The notes beneath the pieces were generated by a model. That model made no database searches and was not told the DNA's origin. It saw nothing but the letters and a program-made list of their open reading frames with translations. The position numbers and the translations under genes were made by a program. Positions 19,786-30,566 of a stretch of DNA of 64,000 nt are shown here, one piece after another (the first letter of the stretch is position 1; each line of letters starts with the position of its first letter). This DNA comes from Candidatus Nanopelagicales bacterium (GTDB lineage Bacteria > Actinomycetota > Actinomycetes > S36-B12 > CAIYMF01). Where the stretch lies: positions 28,046 to 92,045 of the forward strand of contig JAFIHG010000044.1 of the NCBI GenBank assembly GCA_017848795.1. The letters run 5' to 3'.

Positions 19786-19983
19786 GGTCGAGCGTAGTCG
19801 AGACCATGATCACCGACGTGGTCTCGACTACGCTCGACCACCGGGTACTGGCCCGGTCTTTCACGGGTCGACGGGCGCGCCACCTGGCCAAAAGTGACTC
19901 GACTGCGGTCGACCGACGTGTCGTTGTGGCCGCCGTTCTTGGTAGAGACCACGCGGAGATCACAGTCTGGACTGCGCTCGACC
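19786..19983. repeat. Right inverted repeat, inverted copy of 17905-18099
   Basis: GGTCGAGCGTAGTCGAGACC-ATGATCACCGACGT-GGTCTCGACTACGCTCGACC at 19786-19839. Its loop is the exact reverse complement of the left copy loop. Confidence 0.85.
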
Positions 19984-20087
19984 ATCGACGTTTCGGTCAC
20001 GGGCCGCCACGCATGGGCGACGATTCATGGAGCTGGCATTGAGGAACGTCTTGGATACTCCGGCGCGCAGCGGGTTAGCGTGCTCCG

Positions 20088-21002
20088 GTGGCGATCCATG
20101 CGGACGAACTCGCGATCACTCCTGAGCTCGTACGTCGTCTGGTCGCCCGCGACGTACCCGAGCTGAGGGGTTATCCGCTCCGACGCCTGGGGTCTACCGG
20201 CTCGACCAACGTCCTGTTCCGCCTCGGCCAGGATCACCTGGTCCGCCTGCCGCGGCAGCCAGGCGGTTCGACGTCTATCGACCTCGAAGCCCGGTGGCTA
20301 CCGACCCTGGCGCGGGAATTGCCGGTTCGCGTTCCCGAGATCGTGGCGCTCGGCGAACCCGGGTTCGGCTATCCCGAACGATGGTCGGTCACGCGGTGGC
20401 TCGCCGGCCACCGTCCGCGCCCCCGGGAAGCATCCGATCGGCGAGCCTCCGGACTCGGGTACGCCCTGGCGAACTTCGTCTTGGAACTTCACGCCATTGC
20501 GGTGCCGCCCGCCGCAGTTGCGGACATGGCGTTGCGCTCGTACCGCGCGGGACCGGTGACGGCGTTCGACGACGACTTCCGCGGATACCTGGGGGAGTGC
20601 CGGACACTGACAGACCTGCCACTCGACCTCGATGCCTGTGTCGAGGTATGGGACGAAGCTCTCCGCGCCACGGCGCGCGCCACGAGCGCCCAGTGGGTTC
20701 ATACCGACCTGCTGGGCGAGAACCTGTTGCTGCGCCAGGGGCGGCTCGCCGCGGTGCTCGACTTCGGCGGCCTCGCAGTCGGTGACCCGAGCGTGGACCT
20801 GGTCATCGCATGGGACGTCCTCAGCCTCGCGGATCGCCGCGTCTTCCGCGATCTCGTGGGGCCGGACGAGGCGACGTGGACGCGCGCGCGGGGTTGGGCG
20901 GTCGCCATCGCGCTCATGACGTTCCCGTACTACTGGCGATCGATGCCGGCGCGCTGCGCTGCTCGGTTGGCCATGGCAGAGCAGGCGCTCGCCGATCGAT
21001 AG
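20088..21002 (+). CDS. Aminoglycoside/hydroxyurea-type phosphotransferase family protein (APH fold)
   Basis: Catalytic HTDLLGENLL and DFGGLAVGDPSVDL motifs. Its codon usage is less GC3-biased than the core genes. Confidence 0.8.
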   Translation: MAIHADELAITPELVRRLVARDVPELRGYPLRRLGSTGSTNVLFRLGQDHLVRLPRQPGGSTSIDLEARWLPTLARELPVRVPEIVALGEPGFGYPERWSVTRWLAGHRPRPREASDRRASGLGYALANFVLELHAIAVPPAAVADMALRSYRAGPVTAFDDDFRGYLGECRTLTDLPLDLDACVEVWDEALRATARATSAQWVHTDLLGENLLLRQGRLAAVLDFGGLAVGDPSVDLVIAWDVLSLADRRVFRDLVGPDEATWTRARGWAVAIALMTFPYYWRSMPARCAARLAMAEQALADR

Positions 21003-21114
21003 CAGGGATCGCGTGCGTGGCCGGGTCGGTGGGCCAGCAGGTTACTTAACATAATGTCTCTTATCGGCGGCCTAGTGAGGCAGCGGCGCGGCGTCGCTCG
21101 CGTTCACCAGGCGC

Positions 21115-23484
<2,370 letters not shown>

Positions 23485-23492
23485 GTCCGTCC

Positions 23493-23903
23493 TCAACGTG
23501 ATTGCTGGATCCGCAACAGGTTTCCGGCCGGATCGCGGAAGGCGCAGTCGCGCAGGCCGTACGGCTGGTCGGTCGGCTCCTGCACGACCTCGGCGTCGGC
23601 CGCCTGCAGCCGGGCGAAGACGTCGTCGAGGTCCTGGGCCGCGAGGTTGAGGCTGGCGAACGTGCCCTTCGCCATCATCTCGGCGACAGTGGTGCGCTCG
23701 TCGTCGGTCAGCCCGGGCGTCGCCTGCGGCGGGTAGAGCACGATCGAGGTGCCCGGCTGGTCCGGCGGCCCGACCGTGATCCAGTGCATCCCTTGATAGC
23801 CGACGTCGTTCCTGACCTCGAAGCCGAGGATGTCGCGGTAGAAGGTGAGCGACGCCTCGTGGTCGGTGTGCGGGAGGAAGGTCTCGCGAATGGTGATGTC
23901 CAT
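23493..23903 (-). CDS. VOC / glyoxalase-bleomycin-resistance family protein
   Basis: 136 aa. SLTFYRDILGFEVRND...MHWITVGP...GLRDCAFRDPAGNLLRI is typical of the VOC fold. Confidence 0.8.
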   Translation of the reverse strand: MDITIRETFLPHTDHEASLTFYRDILGFEVRNDVGYQGMHWITVGPPDQPGTSIVLYPPQATPGLTDDERTTVAEMMAKGTFASLNLAAQDLDDVFARLQAADAEVVQEPTDQPYGLRDCAFRDPAGNLLRIQQSR

Positions 23904-23908
23904 GGCGC

Positions 23909-24358
23909 TCAGGCTACGGGCGCGGCGGATCGGGCCGCTTCTCGATTCCTGATCGGTCTCGTCACCGCTTTGGCCACGCAGGGGGCCATCCCGACCGTCG
24001 CCTGCGCGTGCTCCCTGCGGTAGACGCTCGGCGGGATCCCGACCAGCTCGGTGAAGCGGGTGCTGAAGGTCCCCAGCGAGGAGCAGCCGACCGCGAAGCA
24101 GACCTCGGTGACGCTGAGATCGCCGCGCCGCAGCAGCGCCATGGCGCGTTCGATCCGGCGTGTCATCAGGTACGAGTACGGCGACTCGCCGAAGGCGGCG
24201 CGGAACTGGCGGCTCAGGTGTCCGCCGGAGAGGTTGACCGCCCGCGCGAGCGCCTCCACGTCCAACGGCTGGGCGTAGTCGCGGTCGATCCGGTCGCGGA
24301 CCCGGCGCAGCAGCGCGAGGTCGCGCAGCCGCGCATCGCTGGCCGACCTGGTGCTCAT
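23909..24358 (-). CDS. AraC-family HTH transcriptional regulator (short form)
   Basis: LSGGHLSRQFRAAFGESPYSYLMTRRIERAMALLRRGDLSVTEVCFAVGCSSLGTFSTRFTELVG. The start shares one nt with the nhaA stop. Confidence 0.8.
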   Translation of the reverse strand: MSTRSASDARLRDLALLRRVRDRIDRDYAQPLDVEALARAVNLSGGHLSRQFRAAFGESPYSYLMTRRIERAMALLRRGDLSVTEVCFAVGCSSLGTFSTRFTELVGIPPSVYRREHAQATVGMAPCVAKAVTRPIRNREAARSAAPVA

Positions 24359-25776
24359 CAGGACGATGCTGCCATGCCGGGCCGGCGCGGTGGCGCATCG
24401 GCGGCGCGCTGGACCGGACGGGTCGCGACGCGCAGCACCAGGTAGCCGGCGACGGCGGCGAGCACGCTCGCGATGAAGATGCCGAGCTTGGCGGTGTCCT
24501 TCAGGGCCGGGTCGGTGAACGCGAGCTCGGTGATGAACAGCGCGACGGTGAAACCGATGCCGCCGCAGACGGCCAGACCGAACAGGTGGCGCCACGTGAC
24601 CTGGGCCGGCAGCGCGGCACGGGAGAACCGCGTGGCCAGCCACGTGGCGCCGAAGATCCCCACGGTCTTGCCGACGAGCAGCCCCACGACGATGCCGAGC
24701 GCCACCCGGTCCCCCGTCCAGGCGGTCAGCGCGTCCGCCGGCAGGACCAGCCCGGCGTTGGCCATCGCGAACAGCGGCACCACGACGTAGGCGGACCAGG
24801 GGGCGAGCGCGTGCTCCAGGCGTTCCAGGGGCGAGCCGGTGTCGATGGCCAGCCGGCGCGCGTCGCGCAGCGAGGTCGCGAGCGCGTCATACTCGGCGGC
24901 CGACAGCTCCTGGTCGTCGTACGAACGCTCGACGGTGTCCGCGATGCGCCGCAGCCGTCGGGGGAAGCGCCGCGGGTCGTACAGCGACCAGACCGGGGTG
25001 ACCAGCCCGAACGCGACGCCCGCGAGGGTCGGGTGCACCCCCGCCTCGTGGAGCGCGTACCAGCAGGCGATGCCCATGCAGACGTACGGCGTCAACGCCC
25101 GTACCCGTGCCCGCTGCAGGAACAGCGCCACCGCGATGGTGAGCAGCGCCGCGCCGAGCCAGGCGTACGAGAGATCGGCGGTGTAGAAGGCGGCGATCAC
25201 CAGGATCGCGCCCAGGTCGTCGACGATCGCCAGGCTGAGCAGGAACAGCCGCGCCCCGGACGGGATCCGGTCCCCCAGCGCCGCGACGACCGCGACCGCG
25301 AACGCGATGTCGGTCGCCATCGGGATGCCCCAGCCGTGCTGTCCCGCGCCCCCGAGGTTGAACGCCAGGTAGATGCCGGCCGGGACGATCATGCCGCCGG
25401 CCGCGGCGATGACCGGCAGCGCCGCGGTACGCGGGTCGTTGAGCTCCCCCGACACCAGCTCACGCTTGATCTCGAGCGCGACGACGAAGAAGAAGAGCGT
25501 CATGGCGCCGTCGGTGACCCACTCCCCCAGCGTGAGCCCGGACAGCGCGTCCCACGGACCGACGGCGAATCGTACGGGTGTGCCCCAGAACGCGAAGTAC
25601 GAGTCGGCGACGACCGAGTTGGCCCACACCAGCGCCACCACCGCCGCCGACAGCATCAGCAGGGCGCTCGAGGCGGAGGTGTCGAGGAAGCGCTGCAGCG
25701 GACGCACCACCAGCCGCGGTACGAAGCGGTCCGACTCGATCCAGCGGTGCGGGACCGGCGGATCGGATTCGGCCAC
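24358..25776 (-). CDS. nhaA: Na+/H+ antiporter NhaA
   Basis: 472 aa polytopic protein. LQRFLDTSASSALLMLSAAVVALVWANS... and ...LSLAIVDDLGAILVIA (NhaA DD motif). Confidence 0.9.
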   Translation of the reverse strand: MAESDPPVPHRWIESDRFVPRLVVRPLQRFLDTSASSALLMLSAAVVALVWANSVVADSYFAFWGTPVRFAVGPWDALSGLTLGEWVTDGAMTLFFFVVALEIKRELVSGELNDPRTAALPVIAAAGGMIVPAGIYLAFNLGGAGQHGWGIPMATDIAFAVAVVAALGDRIPSGARLFLLSLAIVDDLGAILVIAAFYTADLSYAWLGAALLTIAVALFLQRARVRALTPYVCMGIACWYALHEAGVHPTLAGVAFGLVTPVWSLYDPRRFPRRLRRIADTVERSYDDQELSAAEYDALATSLRDARRLAIDTGSPLERLEHALAPWSAYVVVPLFAMANAGLVLPADALTAWTGDRVALGIVVGLLVGKTVGIFGATWLATRFSRAALPAQVTWRHLFGLAVCGGIGFTVALFITELAFTDPALKDTAKLGIFIASVLAAVAGYLVLRVATRPVQRAADAPPRRPGMAASS

Positions 25777-26043
25777 CGGTCACCTCCCGAACGAGTGCGG
25801 CTGTCGCGCCGTACGCCGTCCGTAGGCTATCGAGCGGGCGAGCCGGCTCGCCGCCCGAAGTGCGGGCACCGGCTGCGTGGACGAGAATCGGACGTGAATC
25901 GCCCGTGGCCCGCGGGAACTCCACCTCTGCGGCCGGCGTCGGATCAACCAATGGCACGTCGGGTATCCGACGGCCAGGCCGCGCGAGGGAACAGCAGCGC
26001 CGTCGCGTGCGTTCTAGGAGTGACGACGACGAAAGGCGAGAAC

Positions 26044-26391
26044 ATGAGCGAGGCACTGCGCGGCAGCCGGCTCGGTGCGCGGAGCTACGAGACTGACGAC
26101 CACGTCGAGTTCGCGCCCCGGCAGACCACCTACTACGACTGCCCGAACGGTCACACGATCGAGATGCCCTTCTCCGTCGAGGCGGAGATCCCCCCGGTGT
26201 GGGAATGCCGCTGCGGGGCGACCGCGGTGCTGCGTGACGGGGTGCTGCCCGAACCCAAGCCCGGGAAGCACGTACGTACCCACTGGGACATGCTTCTGGA
26301 ACGCCGTTCTCTCGAGGACCTGGAAGTGCTGTTCGAGGAGCGGCTGGACCTGTTGCGGGCGCACCGGGTGCCGGAGAAGAAGAGCGCCTGA
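26044..26391 (+). CDS. rbpA: RNA polymerase-binding protein RbpA
   Basis: RGSRLGARSYETDDHVEFAPRQTTYYDCPNGHTIEMPFSVEAEIPPVWECRCG...VRTHWDMLLERRS is a near-textbook RbpA. Confidence 0.9.
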   Translation: MSEALRGSRLGARSYETDDHVEFAPRQTTYYDCPNGHTIEMPFSVEAEIPPVWECRCGATAVLRDGVLPEPKPGKHVRTHWDMLLERRSLEDLEVLFEERLDLLRAHRVPEKKSA

Positions 26392-26404
26392 CCTTCCCCT
26401 ACGC

Positions 26405-26440
26405 ATCGGCGGCGGAACCCTCCCGGGTTCCGCCGCCGAT
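26405..26440. terminator. Bidirectional intrinsic terminator between convergent rbpA and fxsA
   Basis: Perfect 16-bp stem ATCGGCGGCGGAACCC / GGGTTCCGCCGCCGAT with a 4-nt loop, followed by TTCGTCTGT. Confidence 0.7.
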
Positions 26441-26462
26441 TCGTCTGTCCGGTGCGGGCGTG

Positions 26463-26945
26463 TCAGCCGCCGAGCGCCCGGTGGTCCGGCCGGCCGGGCG
26501 GGTCGTCGGGGACGACCTCGCCCTCGACGACGTCGCCGCGCCGGGTGACCACGCTCACACCGCGCCGACGCAACCGGCCGACCACCCACCCGACCGTGGC
26601 GGCGCCGAGCACCCGCCGCAGCGGGCGTACCAGCATCAGCAGCCCGAGGATGCTCGTCGCGAAACCCGGTACCGCGATGAGGGCACCCGCGACGAAACGC
26701 AGCGAGGCGTCACCGATCGCCGCCCTGGTCCCGGTCGACGGAACGGCGGTGCCGCCCGCGGTGCCCTGCTGCAGGGTGCGCGCGGCGGAGAGCCCCGCGC
26801 GACGCATCACGGCGATGCCGAGCACGGCGAGCGCGGCCATCGCGACGATGACCCATCCCCAGCCGACCCAGGCCGCCAGCAGCGACGCCAGGGCGAGTTC
26901 GAGCAGGGCGTAGAGGCCGGCGACGAGCAGGGCGACGGCGCTCAC
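26463..26945 (-). CDS. fxsA: FxsA family membrane protein
   Basis: ...FVAGALIAVPGFATSILGLLMLVRPLRRVL carries the FxsA PGF-T...LGLLLL-P signature. GTG 26945 overlaps the ppm1 stop. Confidence 0.75.
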   Translation of the reverse strand: MSAVALLVAGLYALLELALASLLAAWVGWGWVIVAMAALAVLGIAVMRRAGLSAARTLQQGTAGGTAVPSTGTRAAIGDASLRFVAGALIAVPGFATSILGLLMLVRPLRRVLGAATVGWVVGRLRRRGVSVVTRRGDVVEGEVVPDDPPGRPDHRALGG

Positions 26946-27724
26946 GGCGTGCTCCGCTGCGCGCCGGGTCGGCCCGCCAGCAGCCGCCGGGCCCGCCCGG
27001 CGCGGTCCTGCACGCCCCAGACGGTGACCCGCCACAGCGCCTCGGCGACGATCCGCTGACTCATCTTCGACTCCCCGCGCACCCGCTCGACGAACTCGAT
27101 GGGCACCTCGCGCACCGTGAGCCCGCGCTGCACCGCGCGGCGGGCCAGGTCCACCTGGAAGCAGTACCCCTGGCTCTGCACGGTGGGCAGGTCGAGCTTG
27201 ACGAGCGCCGTGGTACGAAAGGCCCGGTAGCCGCCCGTCACGTCGCGCACGGGTAGCCGCAGCGCGATCCGGCTGTAGAGGCTGCCGCCCCTGGAGATCG
27301 CCTCGCGGTAGCGCGGCCAGTTCACGACCGAGCCGCCGGGCACCCAGCGTGACCCGAGCACCAGGTCCGCCTCGTGCAGCGCGTCGAGCAGCCGCGGCAG
27401 CTGCTCGGGCTGGTGCGAGCCGTCGGCGTCCATCTCGACCACGACGTCGTAGCCGTGCTCCATCGCCCAGGCGAAGGCGGCCAGGTACGCAGCGCCGAGG
27501 CCGCCCTTGCCCGGACGGTGCATGACGTGCACCTGCGCGTCCTGCCGTGCGAGCTCGTCGGCCAGCTCCCCCGTGCCGTCCGGGCTGTTGTCGTCGGCGA
27601 CGAGCACGTCCGCCTGCGGCACGGCCGCGCGCAGCCGGTGCACGATGTCGGCGACGTTGTGCCGCTCGTTGTACGTGGGGATGATCACGAGGACCCGGCC
27701 GAGATCGGCGTATGGCAGGCTCAC
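26942..27724 (-). CDS. ppm1: Polyprenol-phosphate mannose synthase (GT2, Ppm1 catalytic domain)
   Basis: VLVIIPTYNERHNV...VADDNSPDGT...VVEMDADGSHQP...GGYRAF. GTG 27724 overlaps the lnt stop. Confidence 0.85.
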   Translation of the reverse strand: MSLPYADLGRVLVIIPTYNERHNVADIVHRLRAAVPQADVLVADDNSPDGTGELADELARQDAQVHVMHRPGKGGLGAAYLAAFAWAMEHGYDVVVEMDADGSHQPEQLPRLLDALHEADLVLGSRWVPGGSVVNWPRYREAISRGGSLYSRIALRLPVRDVTGGYRAFRTTALVKLDLPTVQSQGYCFQVDLARRAVQRGLTVREVPIEFVERVRGESKMSQRIVAEALWRVTVWGVQDRAGRARRLLAGRPGAQRSTP

Positions 27725-29358
27725 GGCACCGGCTCCTGGGGGACGAGGTTCTGGTCCGAGCGTACGGGCACAGCATCGCGGCGCCGAAATCCTGCGGCCG
27801 CGGCAACGCCGAGGGCGAACACGGCGAGCGCGGTCGCGGCCCACTCCGGCGCAGCCCCGAGCCGGTCGGCGAGCGTGAGGGTGTCGCGCAGCGGCACCGT
27901 GGCGACGAGCACGCCCGGGCGCAGTTCGGGCAGCGACCCCACGATCGTCCCGTCCGGGGCCACGATGGCGCTGATGCCGCTGGTCGCGGCGACGAGGACG
28001 GTGCGCCCGTGCTCGACGGCGCGCAGCTGCGACATCGCGACCTGCTGCTCGGGTTGGCCGGTCAGCGCATAGGTCGCGTTGTTCGTCTGCACGGTCAGCA
28101 GCCGCCCGCCCTGGCCGGCCAGCTCGCCGCGCACGCCCGCACCCGTCGTCGCATCCCGCATCAGGTCGTCGTACGCGACCTCGAAGCAGATCACGTCGCC
28201 CACGACGGCCGGGCCGACCTGCATCACGCCTGTCGCGTCGCCGGCTGCGAAGTCCTTGGGTATCAACGCGAAGCGGCTGATGAAGCGGTCGAGCACACTG
28301 CGCCACGGCACCCACTCGCCGAAGGGGACCGGGTGCTGCTTCACGTAGTACTCCCCCGGTCCGGGGTCGACGCTGTCGGTCGGGCCCCAGACGATCCCGA
28401 CGTTGCGCACCTCGGCCGGGTTCGCCGGGTCGTCGACAGTGGCGCCGACCAGCACCGGGACACCGATGGCGTCGACCGCCTGCTGGATCGAGGCGTACGC
28501 GCGCGGGTCGGCGAACGGGTCCAGATCGGTCGAGCTCTCCGGCCAGACGACCAGGTCCGGCTGCGGCGAGCGACCTGCCGCGACGTCGGCGACCAGCTGC
28601 TCGGTCGCCCGTACGTGCCCGGCGAGGACCGCCCCCGGCGTGTCGCCGGTGCCCATGCCGATGTGTTCGACGCCGCCCTGCACGACCGCGGCCGTGACGT
28701 CGGCCGGGCCGTCGGTCGTCTCGCCCTGGACCGGCAGCGGTACGAGCCCACCGGCCGTCGCCGTGACGGCGGTGGCGACGAGCGCGAGCACCACCGGTCG
28801 GGGCCGCCGGTCGCGTACGCAGAGCACCGCCCAGGCGAGCAGGGCGCCGATGAGCGCGACGGCGAAGGTCACGGCGGGGGCGCCGGCCACTGCGGCGTAC
28901 GGCGTGAGGATGGTGTCGGTCTGCCCGTAGGCGAGGCGCCCCCACGGGAAGCCGCCGAGCGGTACGCGGTCCCGCAGCGCCTCCTCGGCCACCCACAGCA
29001 GCGGCACCACGAGCGGCCACCAGCGCAGCCGGCTGGTCAGCGCGACACCCGCGCCGACCAGGGCGATCCAGAGCGCGCAGTACGCCGCGAGGATCACCCA
29101 GGCGTCGTCACCGACGACCCGGATCCACTGCACGTGCACCAGGAAGAAGGCGAGCCCGGCCAGGAACCCGAGTCCGAGCCCGGCGCGTACCCGGGCCCCG
29201 TGCCAGGCGAGGGTCAGCAGGGCGAGCCCGACCGGCGCCAGCCAGACCAGGTCGTACGGCGGGAACGACGCGACGAGCAGCAGCCCACCGAGGACTGCGA
29301 CAACGACGCGCACCCATCCGGGGTACGACCGACTGCTCACGGCACCATTCTCGACCAA
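27721..29358 (-). CDS. lnt: Apolipoprotein N-acyltransferase
   Basis: Multi-TM N half plus a C-N hydrolase domain (...VVWPESS...ICFEVAYDDL...). It sits immediately upstream of ppm1, as in mycobacteria. Confidence 0.85.
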   Translation of the reverse strand: MVENGAVSSRSYPGWVRVVVAVLGGLLLVASFPPYDLVWLAPVGLALLTLAWHGARVRAGLGLGFLAGLAFFLVHVQWIRVVGDDAWVILAAYCALWIALVGAGVALTSRLRWWPLVVPLLWVAEEALRDRVPLGGFPWGRLAYGQTDTILTPYAAVAGAPAVTFAVALIGALLAWAVLCVRDRRPRPVVLALVATAVTATAGGLVPLPVQGETTDGPADVTAAVVQGGVEHIGMGTGDTPGAVLAGHVRATEQLVADVAAGRSPQPDLVVWPESSTDLDPFADPRAYASIQQAVDAIGVPVLVGATVDDPANPAEVRNVGIVWGPTDSVDPGPGEYYVKQHPVPFGEWVPWRSVLDRFISRFALIPKDFAAGDATGVMQVGPAVVGDVICFEVAYDDLMRDATTGAGVRGELAGQGGRLLTVQTNNATYALTGQPEQQVAMSQLRAVEHGRTVLVAATSGISAIVAPDGTIVGSLPELRPGVLVATVPLRDTLTLADRLGAAPEWAATALAVFALGVAAAAGFRRRDAVPVRSDQNLVPQEPVP

Positions 29359-29409
29359 CGGGACAAGTCACCAGGTCTAGAGACTCGGTGGAGCACCGCG
29401 TCGTTCCGG

Positions 29410-29802
29410 TCAGCCGGGGATGACCACCGTGCCGCTCGCGGTCGTCACCACCAGCGGTTCGGGCAGCACCTGGGCGGCGGACGCGGCCACCTCGGGGGTG
29501 GCACGGCACACCACGACCGCCTCGAAGTCGACGGTGCGGGAGCGGTTGCCGACCCGGGTGACCGTCGCGGTCGCCTCGAGCACGTCGCCGGCCCGTACGG
29601 GGGCGTGGAACGCGACGTCGGAGTAGCCGGCGAACAGTCCCTCGTCCCCGTCGGTACGGATGCACAGCTCGGTCGCCACGTCGCCGAACATGGCGAGCAC
29701 GTACGCGCCGTCGACGAGGTTGCCGCCGTAGTGCGCATGCGCGTACGGCACATAGCGCCGCTGGGTCACCGTCATGCCGACCCGTGCGTCGGTCCCGCTC
29801 AC
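29410..29802 (-). CDS. kal: Hotdog-fold protein, probable 3-aminobutyryl-CoA ammonia-lyase (Kal)
   Basis: AHYGGNLVDGAYVLAMFGDVATELCIRTDGDEGLFAGYSDVAFHAPVRAGDVLE matches my memory of Kal. GTG 29802 overlaps the kamE stop; ATG 29775 is an alternative. Confidence 0.55.
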   Translation of the reverse strand: MSGTDARVGMTVTQRRYVPYAHAHYGGNLVDGAYVLAMFGDVATELCIRTDGDEGLFAGYSDVAFHAPVRAGDVLEATATVTRVGNRSRTVDFEAVVVCRATPEVAASAAQVLPEPLVVTTASGTVVIPG

Positions 29803-30566
29803 GAGGCCCTCCGGTGCTCTGGGGATGCCGGCGGGGTCGCCGGCGCGATGCGGTGCACCAGGTAGGAGGCGACCTCCCCCGGCGTCGTGCCCTTGCCGAA
29901 GATCCGGTCCACGCCCAGCGCGGTCGCCTGGTGCTCGTCGAAGCGTGGCCCGCCGACGACCAGCAGCGGGCGCCGGGACGCGGGGAACGCCTCGCGGAAA
30001 GCGGCCGACAGCTCGCGGGTGTTGTGCAGGTGCGCGTCCTTCTGGGTGACGACCTGCGATACGAGCACCGCGTCGGCCCGGGTCTGTCGGCTGCGCTCGA
30101 CCAGGTCGGGGATCGACACCTGCGCGCCGAGGTTGTGCACCTCGATCTCCGCGTAGTACTCGAGGCCCTTCTCCCCCGCGAATCCCTTGATGTTCAGGAT
30201 CGCGTCGATGCCGACGGTGTGGGCGTCGGTCCCGATGCAGCCGCCGACCACGACGAGCGGGCGGCGCAGCCGGGTCTTGATCGCGGCGTTGACCTCCTTG
30301 GGGCCGAGCAGCGGGTAGTCGCGCTCCACCACCTCGACCTCCCGCAGGTCGACCAGGTGGCTCACGGCGCCGTAGACGACGAAGAACGTGAAGTCCGGCC
30401 CCATCGCCTTGGCATGGACCACCATCGCGGGGTCCAGCCCCATCTTCCGCGCCAGCTGGGCGGCGGCGCCCTCGGCCCGCTTGTCGTGCGGGATCGGCAG
30501 CGTGAACGACAACTGCACCATGCCGTCGCCGGTCGTGTCGCCGTACGGGCGGACCACGTCGCTCAT
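29799..30566 (-). CDS. kamE: D-lysine 5,6-aminomutase beta subunit (B12-binding)
   Basis: 255 aa. Has the Rossmann-like B12-binding part (VVVGGCIGTDAHTVGIDAIL) and the C-terminal ...LLVVGGPR.... ATG 30566 overlaps the kamD stop. Confidence 0.8.
   Translation of the reverse strand: MSDVVRPYGDTTGDGMVQLSFTLPIPHDKRAEGAAAQLARKMGLDPAMVVHAKAMGPDFTFFVVYGAVSHLVDLREVEVVERDYPLLGPKEVNAAIKTRLRRPLVVVGGCIGTDAHTVGIDAILNIKGFAGEKGLEYYAEIEVHNLGAQVSIPDLVERSRQTRADAVLVSQVVTQKDAHLHNTRELSAAFREAFPASRRPLLVVGGPRFDEHQATALGVDRIFGKGTTPGEVASYLVHRIAPATPPASPEHRRAS

Larger units (their letters stand above)
17905..19983. mobile_element. Candidate inverted-repeat-bounded cassette carrying the DUF222-HNH gene
   Basis: Long imperfect inverted repeats flank a single nuclease gene. 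No transposase or integrase is present and there is no convincing target-site duplication. Confidence 0.4.

Noticed and set aside
17728-19985. 11-bp direct repeat CGCTCGACCAT at 17728 and 19975 as a target-site duplication or att core for the whole repeat region
   Set aside because: The same CGCTCGACCA string is part of the repeat family itself and also occurs at 18091 and 19831. Its recurrence at the edges is therefore not evidence of a duplication generated by insertion.
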